Positions 1 to 11,581 of a stretch of 64,000 nt of DNA are shown here, one piece after another. The stretch's first letter is position 1, and the number at the start of each line of letters is the position of its first letter. Under the pieces are notes generated by a model. That model had not been told where the DNA came from. It saw only the letters and a program-made list of their open reading frames with translations, and did not search any database. The DNA is taken from positions 6,014,001-6,078,000 of the forward strand of contig JBHGNT010000015.1 in NCBI GenBank assembly GCA_043228905.1, in the 5' to 3' direction. The translations under genes were made by a program, and so were the position numbers. Origin of the DNA: Azolla caroliniana. Its lineage: Eukaryota > Plantae > Polypodiophyta.

Positions 1-132
1 CTTTCACACTTGGATGTCTCTTAGCCCTCTTTCCTCTTGCCATTCCCTCTTCGTAGGTCCTTTAGCCATACTATGTCCTTGTTGATGCGCTCTTCTTCAT
101 TACCAGCCGTGGTGCGCTCCAAGCGCTTAACA
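1..132 (-). repeat. 3' LTR (partial) of the Athila-like element
   Basis: Near-identical to 32011-32141 and abuts tcccccccaacc (PPT reverse complement). Confidence 0.9.
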
Positions 133-484
133 TCCCCCCCAACCTAATGAGTGCACACTCCCGGGTGCACTGTGGGAGGGGAGCTTCGGGCGCTAGGGGC
201 TAGTCGGTGGTGAGTTCGTGGGCTCACTAGACTGGTTGAGGATCGTGTGCCCACTTGAGGAACTCACCAGTGATACGGTTGATGGCGTCGGTGGCGTCGG
301 TGTCACCGATCTAGGCGATGGTGCTACAACGATTGTGGAGGTGAGAGGGAATTTCGGTGAAATGCCAACCTTCGCGTCCGGCATACTCAGAGTAGCCGGC
401 GGGGATGATGTTGGATACGACGCTAGGGGCTTTCGTGGTGTGGAAGGGGATGCCATCCACCGACAAATGTAGCATAGTGCAAAC

Positions 485-1168
485 TGTTGAACACAGTGCT
501 CGGCCACAACCGAGGAATAGGATCAACTCACAGAAAACAGGAAATACAAAATGCACGAAGACAATAGAGAGAAGAGTGCACAGGATGTTTTACGTTGAAA
601 ACCCTAAATGGGAAAAAACCACGGGAGTCCTCAAACTCCAACTATCACTATAATCAGAGATGTACAATGGTGGAGCTACAAGGCAACAACCTTGAGCTCA
701 CTGTCTTCGCCACAGGCGGCGGTAATACACAGAGGCAACGACCTCTTCGTCTCTCTCTCTCTCTCTCTCTCTCTCGGCTGCTCTCTTCACTCTCTTGCAC
801 ACATAAGAGTGGCGATACACAGAAAAATGAGCAACAACATTAAAACTGTTTGCCCTAAGTCATATTTATACACATATGACTTTCGAGCTATTTACAATTA
901 TAGCCTCAAGGGCCCTTGGCAAACATATTCACAAATATGTCCCCGCATCCGGATCTCTCTCCGGGTACATTCGTCATCCGGCTCCGTAGCCGGGGTCTTC
1001 ATCATCCGGCTCCGTAGCCGGGGTCATCATCATCCGGCTCCGTAGTCGGGGTCTTCATCATCCGGCTCCGTAGCCAGGGTCTTCATCATCCGGCTCCGTA
1101 GCCGGGGTCTTCATCATCCGATTCCCGGACATCCGACCATCCCATCCGGAGGGACCGTAATCCCAACA
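485..1168 (-). repeat. 3' LTR of copia A1, with 5 copies of a 28-bp CCGG-rich unit
   Basis: tgttgaac...cccaaca; matches 10729-11386. Confidence 0.95.
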
Positions 1169-1178
1169 AACTCCCCCT

Positions 1179-2987
1179 TCACTTCGGCATGGGATGTCTT
1201 TCCAGTCCGACCCTCTTCCGGCACGCTTCCAGCTTGTCGGGTGTGAGCACTTTGGTCAGCATATCTGAGCCGTTCTCGTCCGTGTGGATCTTCGTCAGCA
1301 CGAACTCCTGGTCTTCTATCCTTTCCCGGATCCAGTGATATCTTCGCTGGATGTGCTTCGTCCGGGAGTGATAGGCCGCGTTCTTCGCAAGGTGGATGGC
1401 ACTCTGACTGTCGCAGTAGAGTCGGTACTCTTCCTGCCGGATACCGAGCTCTCTAATGAAGTCCTTCATCCATATCATTTCCTTGCCGGCTTCAACAGCC
1501 GCCATGTACTCCGCCTCCGTGGTTGACAATGCAACCGTCTTCTACAGCCTCGACTGCCACGAAACAGCTCCCCCTGCATACGTCATAACATACCCTGATG
1601 TGGACCGGCTGGTATCTGCATCAGCCGACATATCCGAATCGGTAAAGCCGTCGAGTTCGGGCTTACCGGAGCCGAATCGGAGGCACATGTTTGCCGTGCC
1701 CTTCAGGTATCGGAGTATCCACTTGACCGCGTTCCAGTGCTCCTTGCCGGGATTGCTCATGTACCGGCTCACCACTCCGACTGCATATCCTATGTCCGGT
1801 CTTGTACACACCATTGCGTACATCAAGCTTCCGACGGCAGAGGCATATGGTACTTTCATCATGTCCTCCTTCTCAGCCTTTGTCTTGGGGCTTTGCTTGC
1901 TGGACAGCTTGCAGTTTGCCAGGAGGGTTGACCCAACCGGTCTTGCTTCCGACATGTTGAACCGGTGAAGCACCTTTGTCACGTACTTCTCCTGTGACAG
2001 CCACAGCTGCTTCTTCTTCCGGTCCCGGATGATGTGCATCCCTAGTATTTGCCTCGCCGGACCCAGGTCCTTCATTGAGAAGGTTCGGTGAAGAGCTTTC
2101 TTCAGCATCCGTATCTTGACCTGGTCCCGTCCGACGATCAACATGTCGTCCACGTACAGGAGGAGTATTAGAAAGTCTCCTCCTTCGAACTTCTTCACAA
2201 ACACGCAGTGATCGGACTGCGTTTTGTGGTACCCTTCGTCGGTCATGAAAGAGTCGAACTTCCGGTACCATTGCCGGGGAGCCTGCTTCAGTCCGTAAAG
2301 GCTCTTCTTCAACCGGCATACCAGGTGCTCCTTCCCTTTCTTCTCGAATCCTTCCGGTTGCTGCATGTAGATCTCTTCTTCGAGGTCACCGTGAAGGAAT
2401 GCCGTCTTCACGTCCATCTGTTCTACCTCGAGGTCCATGCTTGCCGCTATGCTCAGCACCGTCCGGATGGAGGTCATCTTCACCACCGGGGCAAATATCT
2501 CGTCGAAGTCGACGCCCTTCTTCTGCTGGAACCCCTTCACCACGATCCTGGCTTTGTATCTCGGGGGGTTTCCGGCATCTCCCGGTTTCAGCTTGAACAC
2601 CCACTTGTTTCGAAGTGCCTGCTTTCCTTTCGGCAACTCCACAAGTTCATATGTGTGGTTCTCATGCAGGGAATCCATCTCCTCCTGCATGGCACTTAAC
2701 CACCTGCGGCTATGGGTGTCAAGCTTTGCTTCTTCAAAACTCTCCGGCTCCCCCTCGTCGGTTAGCAGCACGTGCTCTGGTTCCGGAAATCTCCGGGGGG
2801 GCCTTCTCTCTCTTAGAGGATATCTCCGTTCCGGAGCTTCGGTAACCGGTTCCTCCGTTTCTTCTTCATCCGAATCCATTTCGGGATCGGGGCCGGTTCC
2901 GGTATCAGTTTCATCTTCATCGGCCGGTTCTGTTTCTTCACCGTCTTCGGCCGGATCCTCGAGTGCTAACCGGTCCCTTGCCGGTCG
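1179..2987 (-). pseudogene. copia A1 pol 3' half (RT, RNase H), one premature stop at 1542
   Basis: [39 protein letters not shown] motifs; CAG>TAG relative to copy A2. Confidence 0.95.
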
Positions 2988-3595
2988 TGTTGAAAAAACC
3001 AGTGCTCGGCCACAGCCGAGGAATAGAATCAACTCACAGAAAACAGGAAATACAAAATGCACGAAGACAAAAGAGAGAAGAGTACACAGGGTGTTTTACG
3101 TGGAAAACCCTAAATGGGAAAAACCACGGGAGTACAAGACTCCGAACCAAGACTATGCACAAAGAAGTATACAATGGCGAGCTGCAAGGCGACGACCTTG
3201 AGCTCGCTGTCCTCGCCACAGGCGGCGGTATTACACAGAGGCGTCGACCTCTTCCTTTCTCTCTCTCTCTCTCTCGGCTGCTCTCAACTTCGCTCTCTCG
3301 GCTGAAAACATAAAATGAGCAACAACATTTAAACTGTTTGCCCTAAGTCATATTTATACACATATGACTTTCGGGCTATTTACAAATATAGCCTCAAGGG
3401 CCCTTGGCAAACATATTCACAAATATGTCCCCGCATCCGGATCTCTCTCCGGGTACATTCGTCATCCGGCTCCGTAGCCGGGGTCTTCATCATCCGGATC
3501 CGGAACCGGGTCTTCATTCCGGCTCCGGAACCGGGTCTTCATTTCCGATTCCCGGACATCCGACCATCCCATCCGGAGGGACCGTAATCCCAACA
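2988..3595 (-). repeat. 3' LTR of copia A2 (608 bp)
   Basis: tgttgaaaaaacc...cccaaca. Confidence 0.95.
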
Positions 3596-3606
3596 AAACT
3601 CCCCCT

Positions 3607-6600
3607 TCACTTCGGCATGGGATGTCTTTCCAGTCCGACCCTCTTCCGGCATGCTTCCAGCTTGTCGGGTGTGAGCACTTTGGTCAGCATATCTGACCCG
3701 TTCTCGTCCGTGTGGATCTTCGTCAGCACGAACTCCTGGTCTTCTATCCTTTCCCGGATCCAGTGATATCTTCGCTGGATGTGCTTCGTCCGGGAGTGAT
3801 AAGCCGCATTCTTCGCAAGGTGGATGGCACTCTGACTGTCGCAGTAGAGTCGGTACTCCTCCTGCTGGATACCGAGCTCTCTAATGAAGTCCTTCATCCA
3901 TATTGTTTCCTTGCCGGCTTCAACAGCCGCCATGTACTCCGCCTCCGTGGTTGACAACGCAACCGTCTTCTGCAGCCTCGACTGCCATGAAACAACTCCC
4001 CCTGCGTACGTCATCACATACCCTGATGTGGACCGGCTGGTATCTGCATCAGCCGACATATCCGAATCGGTAAAGCCGTCGAGTTCGGGCTTACCGGAGC
4101 CGAATCGGAGGCACACGTTAGCCGTGCCCTTCAGGTATCGGAGTATCCACTTGGCCGCGTTCCAATGCTCTTTGCCGGGATTGCTCATGTACCGGCTCAC
4201 CACTCCGACTGCGTATCCAATGTCCGGTCTTGTACACACCATTGCGTACATCAAGCTTCCGACGGCAGAGGCATATGGCACTTTCATCATGTCCTCCTTC
4301 TCAGCCTTTGTCTTGGGACTTTGATTTCTGGACAACTTGCAGTTTGCCGGGAGGGTTGACCCGACCGGTCTTGCTTCCGACATGTTGAACCGTTGAAGCA
4401 CCTTTGTCACGTACTTCTCCTGTGACAGCCACAACTGCTTCTTCTTCCGGTCCCGGATGATGTGCATCCCTAATATTTGCCTCGCCGGACCCAAGTCCTT
4501 CATTGAGAAGGTTCGGTGAAGAGCCTTCTTCAGCATCCGTATCTTGACCTGGTCCCGTCCGACGATCAACATGTCGTCCACGTACAGGAGGAGTATTAGA
4601 AAGTCTCCTCCTTCGAACTTCTTCTCAAACACGCAGTGATCGGACTACGTTTTGAGGTACCCTTCGTCGGTCATGAAAGAGTCGAACTTCCGGTACCATT
4701 GCCGGGGAGCCTGCTTCAGTCCGTAAAGGCTCTTCTTCAACCGGCATACCAGGTGCTCCTTCCCTTTCTTCTCGAATCCTTCCGGTTGCTGCATGTAGAT
4801 TTCTTCTTCGAGGTCACCGTGAAGGAATGCCGTCTTCACGTCCATCTGTTCTACTTCGAGGTCCATGCTTGCCGCTATGCTCAGCACCGTCCGGATGGAG
4901 GTCATCTTCACTACCGGGGCAAATATCTCGTCGAAGTCGACGCCCTTCTTCTGTTGAAACCCCTTCACCACGATCCTGGCTTTGTATCTCGGGGGGTTTC
5001 CGGCATCTCCCGGTTTCAGCTTGAACACCCACTTGTTACGGAGTGCCCGTTTTCCTTTCGGCAGCTCCACAAGTTCATATGTGTGGTTCTCATGCAGGGA
5101 ATCCATCTCGTCCTGCATGGCACTCAACCACCTGCGGCTCTGGGTGTCATGCTTTGCTTCTTCAAAGCTCTCCGGCTCCCCCTCGTCGGTTAGCAGCACG
5201 TGCTCTGGTTCCGGAAATCTCCGGGGGGGCCCTTCTCTCCCTTAGAGGATATCTCCGTTCCGGAGCTTCGGTAACCGGTTCTTCCGATTCTTCTTCATCC
5301 GAATCCATTTCGGGATCGGGGCCGGTTCCGGTATCATTTTCATCTTCTTCGGCCGGTTCTGTTTCTTCACCGTCTTCGGCCGGATCCTCGAGTGCTAAAC
5401 GGTCCCTTGCCGGTCGGGACTGCTCCTTGTAGAGTTGATCCTCACCGGTCGACTTGGAGCTCTTCATCTTCTTCTCCGACTCCAAGTCGGCGAGTGTCTT
5501 GTCCTCCATGAAGATGATGTCTCGACTCCTGAATATCTTCTTGTCGACCGGGTCCCATACTCGGTAGCCGAACTCGTCGTCGCCGTAACCGAGGAATATG
5601 CATGGCCGGGTCTTTGGATCTAGCTTTCCTCTCCGGTCCTTTGCCACATGCACGTATGCGAGACACCCGAACACCTTCAGATGCCGGTAGGACACTTCCT
5701 TACCGGTCCACACTTTCTGCGGCGTGTCTCCGTCCAAAGGTACTGAGGGTGATCTGTTTATCACGTATGTCGCCGTCGACATTGCCTCAGCCCAAAACCC
5801 CTTGGGTAATTTCGCATGTGCCAGCATACTCCGGACCCTCTCCATTATGGTCCGGTTCATCCTCTCGGCCAGCCCGTTCAGTTCCGGCGTCTTCGGCACA
5901 GTAAACTCGAGCCGGATTCCCTTCGAGCGACAGTACTCCTGGAACTGCCCCCGGTATTCCCCTCCGTTATCCGCTCATATCGCTTTCAGCTTCTTGCCGG
6001 ATTCCCTTTCCACTCTCGCGTGGAGTTCTTTGAAGACGCACAACACTTGGTCCTTTGTCTTCAGCGGTGCCGTCCACAGCTTCCGGTTGTGATCATCAAT
6101 GAATGTTACGAAGTACTGGGCTCCGCCATGTGACTTCGTTTCTACCTGACACACATCAGTGTGCACCAACTCCAATGGTGCGCTACGTCTCGTCGGTGGC
6201 CTTGAGTGGAAGGAGGTCCGGTTTTGCTTACCGGCCAGGCAGTCGGTGCACTTCTCCAGGTGCACATGCTTCACTGGAATAAGGTTGTCTTCTGCAAGCC
6301 TCTTCATCCCCTTCTCACTCATGTGGCACAGTCTCTTGTGCCACAGCTCACCGGCAGTGTCGGCTGCCACGTTCAGCTCCTCCGGACATAGCCGGGAATT
6401 CATCAGGTACAGTGTGTTGACCTTCCGGGCCCGAGCCACTATCAGGCTCCCCTTGCTGAACTTCATGACACCGTTCCGGATGCTACCCGTGTAGCCTTCA
6501 TCATCTAGCCTCCCGGCCGAGATCAGGTTCAATCGAACCTCCGGAACGTGTCGGACATCCTTCAGCAGCATCTTGCATCCGGTTGATGTCATCAGCCACA

Positions 6601-7681
6601 CGTCTCCTATGCCGGCAATCCGGCATGTGCCTTCATTTCCCATCCGGACACAGCCGTGCTCACCGGCTGTGTAGGATGAGAAGTATTTCTTCTCCGGGGT
6701 CAGGTGGAACGACGCTCCGGAATCGACCACCCAGGTCATCTCTACTCCGGCAAGGTTCAGCTCCCTCTCTTCGGTAATGAGCATTATCTCTTCTTCACTT
6801 GCCGCGAGTGCCGTCGTTCCTTTCCGGTCCTGCCCTCGCCGATCCGGACCTCTTCGGTCCGTGGCTCCCCGGTATGCACCGTTTCTCTCCGGTGACTTCT
6901 TTGAATCGGTGTCGTCGGCTCCGTTGTCCTTTCGGTAATGCCGACAATTCTTCCGGAAGTGCCCCGGCTTCCCACAGTGGAAGCATGTGGGCCTTCCTCT
7001 TGACTGCGACCGGGTCCCCGACTTCTCCCGTCTTTGCGGACTCCGGTTCCATTGTCTTCCCCGATCCGATTCGGTAAGCAGCGCCTTCGAGTCGGAGGCC
7101 GGTTCTTTATCTCTCCGACGCGCTTCTTCGTTCAAAATACTTGTCTTTACCGTTTGTAGGGACAAGTTATCTTCCGTGCAGGAGGTGCTGAGAGTCACCA
7201 CCAAGTTCTCCCAGCTTTCCGGCAATGTACACATCAGGATGATGGCTTGCATTGCATCCTCCAGCGGGAACTTGATCGCCGCAAGCTGGTTCACGAATCC
7301 CATGAACGTGCTCACGTGTTCCACCATATTCTCGCCGTCCCGGTACTTGAGGTTCACTATCTTCCTCATCAGGGAGGTCCGGTTCAACGCATTCTTCCTC
7401 TCGTAGAGGCCCGACAGCTTCTTCCACATCTCATATGCGTTGGTGTCGTTCGCCACATGTTGTAGGACGCTTACATCGACATATTGCCGGATCGTCGCTA
7501 CGGCTTTCCGGTTCAGGAGCTTCCACTCCGACTCTATTACCCCCTTGGGTATCTTGGCATTGTCGATCGGTTCATACAGGTCTCGGACGATGAGAAGGTC
7601 TTCCATCTTTATCTTCCAGTCGGCGTAGTTCTGTGAGTTCAACACCATCATGCCCGGAGGCCCACTACCGCCGCCTTCCAT
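3607..7681 (-). pseudogene. copia A2 gag-pol (gag, CCHC knuckle, PR, INT, RT, RH), 2 stops and 1 frameshift
   Basis: MEGGGSGPPG start; CFHCGKPGHFRKNC; WVVDSGASFH; stops at 5975 and 4645; G-run frameshift near 5225. Confidence 0.95.
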
Positions 7682-7711
7682 TTTCTGTGTTACCGTGCTC
7701 TGATACCAAAT

Positions 7712-8427
7712 TGTTGAAAAAACCAGTGCTCGGCCACAGCCGAGGAATAGAATCAACTCACAGAAAACAGGAAATACAAAATGCACGAAGACAAAAGAGA
7801 GAAGAGTACACAGGGTGTTTTACGTGGAAAACCCTAAATGGGAAAAACCACGGGAGTACAAGACTCCGAACCAAGACTATGCACAGAGAAGTATACAATG
7901 GCGAGCTGCAAGGCGACGACCTTGAGCTCGCTGTCCTCGCCACAGGCGGCGGTATTACACAGAGGCGTCGACCTCTTCCTTTCTCTCTCTCTCTCTCTCG
8001 GCTGCTCTCAACTTCGCTCTCTCGGCTGAAAACATAAAATGAGCAACAACATTTAAACTGTTTGCCCTAAGTCATATTTATACACATATGACTTTCGGGC
8101 TATTTACAAATATAGCCTCAAGGGCCCTTGGCAAACATATTCACAAATATGTCCCCGCATCCGGATCTCTCTCCGGGTACATTCGTCATCCGGCTCCGTA
8201 GCCGGGGTCTTCATCATCCGGATCCGGAACCGGGTCTTCATCATCCGGATCCGGAACCGGGTCTTCATCATCCGGATCCGGAACCGGGTCTTCATCATCC
8301 GGATCCGGAACCGGGTCTTCATCATCCGGATCCGGAACCGGGTCTTCATTCCGGCTCCGGAACCGGGTCTTCATTTCCGATTCCCGGACATCCGACCATC
8401 CCATCCGGAGGGACCGTAATCCCAACA
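7712..8427 (-). repeat. 5' LTR of copia A2 (716 bp), with 5 copies of a 27-bp unit
   Basis: Matches 2988-3595 plus four extra catcatccggatccggaaccgggtctt units. Confidence 0.95.
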
Positions 8428-8432
8428 GGTCG

Positions 8433-10697
8433 GGACTGCTCCTCGTAGAGTTTATCCTCACCGGTCGACTTGGAGCTCTTCATCTTCTTCTCCGACTCCC
8501 AGTCGGCGAGTGTCTTGTCCTCCATGAAGATGATATCACGACTCCGGAATAACTTTTTGTCGACCGGGTCCCATACTCGGTAGCCGAACTCGTCATCGCC
8601 GTAACCGAGGAATATGCATGGCCGGGTCTTTGGATCTAGCTTTCCTCTCCGGTCCTTTGCCACATGCACATATGCGAGACACCCGAACACTCTCAGATGC
8701 CGGTAGGATACTTCCCTACCGGTCCACACTCTCTGCGGCGTGTCTCCGTCCAAAGGTACTGAGGGTGATCTGTTTATCACGTATGTCGCCGTCGACATTG
8801 CCTCAGCCCAAAACACCTTGGGTAATTTCGCATGTGCCAGCATACTCCGGACCCTCTCCATTATGGTCCGGTTCATCCTCTCGGCCAGCCCGTTCAGTTC
8901 CGGCGTCTTCGGCACAGTAAACTCGAGCCGGATTCCCTTCGAGCGACAGTACTCCTCGAACTGCCCCCGGTATTCCCCTCCGTTATCCGCTCGTATCGCT
9001 TTCAGCTTCTTGCCGGATTCCCTTTCCACTCTCGCGTGGAGTTCTTTGAAGACGCACAACACTTGGTCCTTTGTCTTCAACGGTGCCGTCCACAGCTTCC
9101 GGCTGTGGTCATCAATGAATGTCACGAAGTACTGGGCTCCGCCATGTGACTTCGTTTCTACTTGACACACGTCAGTGTGCACCAACTCCAATGGCGCGCT
9201 ACGTCTCATCGGTGGCCTTGAGTGGAAGGAGGTCCGGTTTTGCTTACCGGCCAGACAGTCGGTGCACTTCCCCAAGTGTACTTGCTTTACCGGTATCAGG
9301 TTGTCTTCGGCAAGCATCTTCATCCCCTTCTCGCTCATGTGGCACAGTCTCTTGTGCCACAGCTCACCGGCAGTGTCAGCTGCCACGTTCAGCTCCTCCG
9401 GACATAGCCGGGAAATCATCAGGTACAGTGTGTTGACCTTCCGGGCCCGAGCCACTATCAGGCTCCCCTTGCTGAACTTCATTTCGCCGTTCCGGATGCT
9501 ACCCGTGTAGCCTTCATCGCCTAGCCTCCCGGCCGAAATCAGGTTCAATCGAACCTCCGGAACGTGTCGGACATCCTTCAGCAGCATCTTGCATCCGGTT
9601 GATGTCATCAGCCACACGTCTCCTATGCCGGCGATCCGGCATGTACCTTCATTTCCCATCCGGACACAGCCGTGCTCACCGGCTGTGTAGGATGAGAAGT
9701 ATTTCTTCTCCGGGGTCAGGTGGAACGATGCTCCGGAATCGACCACCCAGGTCATCTCTTCGCCGGCAAGGTTCAGCTCCCTCTCTTCGGTAATGAGCAT
9801 TATCTCTTCTTCACTTGCCGCGAGTGCCGTCGTTCCTTTCCGGTCCTGCCCTTGCCGATCCGGACCTCTCTGGTCCGTGGCTCCCCGGTATGCACCGTTT
9901 CGCTCCGGTGACTTCTTCGAATCGGTACCGTCGGTTCCGTTGTCTTTCTGGAAATGCCGACAGTTCTTCTGGAAGTGCCCCGGCTTCCCACAGTAGAAGC
10001 ATGTAGGTCTTCCCCTCGACTGCGACCGTGTCCCTGACTTCTCCCGTCTTTGCGGACTCCGGTTCCGTTGTCTTGCCCGTTCCGATTCGGTAAGCAGCGC
10101 CTTCGAGTCGGAGGCCGATTCTTTATCTCTCCGACGCGCTTCTTCATTTAGAATACTTGTCTTTACCGTTAGTAAAGACAAGTTCTCTTCCTTACAGGAG
10201 GTGCTGAGTGTAACTACCAAGTTCTCCCAGCTCTCCGGAAGGGTACACATCAGCATGATGGCTTGCATTGCGTCATCCAACGGGAACTTGATCGCCGCAA
10301 GCTGATTCACGAATCCCATGAACGTGGTGACGTGTTCGACCATGCTCTCGCCGTCCCGGTACTTAAGATTCACTATCTTCCTCATCAGGGAGGTCCGGGT
10401 CAGAGCATTCTTCCTCTCATACAGTCCGGACAGCTTCTGCCACATCTCATAGGCGTTCGTATCGTTCGCCACATGTTGCAGGACACTTACATCGACATAT
10501 TGCCGGATCGTCGCTACGGCTTTCCGGTTCAGGAGCTTCCACTCCGACTCTATTACCCCCTTGGGTATCTCGGCATTGTCGATCGGTTCATACAGGTCTC
10601 GGACGATGAGAAGGTCTTCCATCTTTATCTTCCAGTCGGCGTAGTTCTGTGAGTTCAACACCATCATGCCCGGAGGCCCACTACCGCCGCCTTCCAT
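8433..10697 (-). pseudogene. copia A1 gag-pol 5' half (gag, PR, INT); open frame interrupted by A2
   Basis: ORF 8346-10751; zinc knuckle, DSGAS, HxxLCH/CxxC, integrase core (IRADNGGEY, ELNGLAERMN). Confidence 0.95.
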
Positions 10698-10728
10698 TTT
10701 CTGTGTTACCGTCGCTCTGATACCACTT

Positions 10729-10992
10729 TGTTGAACACAGTGCTCGGCCACAACCGAGGAATAGGATCAACTCACAGAAAACAGGAAATACAAAATGCAC
10801 GAAGACAATAGAGAGAAGAGTGCACAGGATGTTTTACGTGGAAAACCCTAAATGGGAAAAAACCACGGGAGTCCTCAAACTCCAACTATCACTATAATCA
10901 GAGATGTACAATGGTGGAGCTACAAGGCAACAACCTTGAGCTCACTGTCTTCGCCACAGGCGGCGGTAATACACAGAGGCAACGACCTCTTC

Positions 10993-11023
<31 letters not shown>

Positions 11024-11386
11024 CTGCTCTCTTCACTCTCTTGCACACATAAGAGTGGCGATACACAGAAAAATGAGCAACAACATTAAAACTGTTTGCC
11101 CTAAGTCATATTTATACACATATGACTTTCGGGCTATTTACAATTATAGCCTCAAGGGCCCTTGGCAAACATATTCACAAATATGTCCCCGCATCCGGAT
11201 CTCTCTCCGGGTACATTCGTCATCCGGCTCCGTAGCCGGGGTCTTCATCATCCGGCTCCGTAGCCGGGGTCATCATCATCCGGCTCCGTAGCCGGGGTCT
11301 TCATCATCCGGCTCCGTAGCCGGGGTCTTCATCATCCGATTCCCGGACATCCGACCATCCCATCCGGAGGGACCGTAATCCCAACA
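10729..11386 (-). repeat. 5' LTR of copia A1, with 4 copies of the 28-bp unit
   Basis: Matches 485-1168. Confidence 0.95.
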
Positions 11387-11581
11387 CAAACGTCGGCGAC
11401 GTTGAACTTGAACTTGACAGGGGTAGCATCCGTGAAGGTGTGTGTGCGAATGTGGCTGATATCGGGGTTGTATCCTGTGAGGAACCGGCTGACCAACTCG
11501 GGATGTACACCCCAAAGGCCAATCCCGAGGAAGAACGTGAGGCCCGGTAGGTACAACGGGTTTTTTTGAACTCGGCTTGAA

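Larger units (their letters stand above)
2988..8427 (-). mobile_element. Ty1/copia element A2, same family, nested in A1
   Basis: LTRs 2988-3595 and 7712-8427; TSD GGTCG at 2983-2987 and 8428-8432; PBS 7697-7708; PPT next to 3596. Confidence 0.97.
485..11386 (-). mobile_element. Ty1/copia element A1 (Tork/Tnt1-like), outer copy
   Basis: TG..CA LTRs 485-1168 and 10729-11386; TSD CAAAC at 480-484 and 11387-11391; iMet PBS 10714-10725; PPT 1169-1184. Confidence 0.97.

Noticed and set aside
1542-3062. 506-aa ORF starting MHFVFPVF with a signal-like N-terminus
   Set aside because: Chance in-frame fusion of the A2 LTR with the interrupted A1 pol.
2437-3201. Long antisense ORFs over copia pol, here and elsewhere
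   Set aside because: Shadow frames of GC-rich coding sequence with no recognisable motifs.
8104-8461. Repetitive ORFs (HHPDPEPGL, DEDPVPDPD) and CRISPR-like periodicity
   Set aside because: Translations of the LTR minisatellite; there are no unique spacers and no cas genes.
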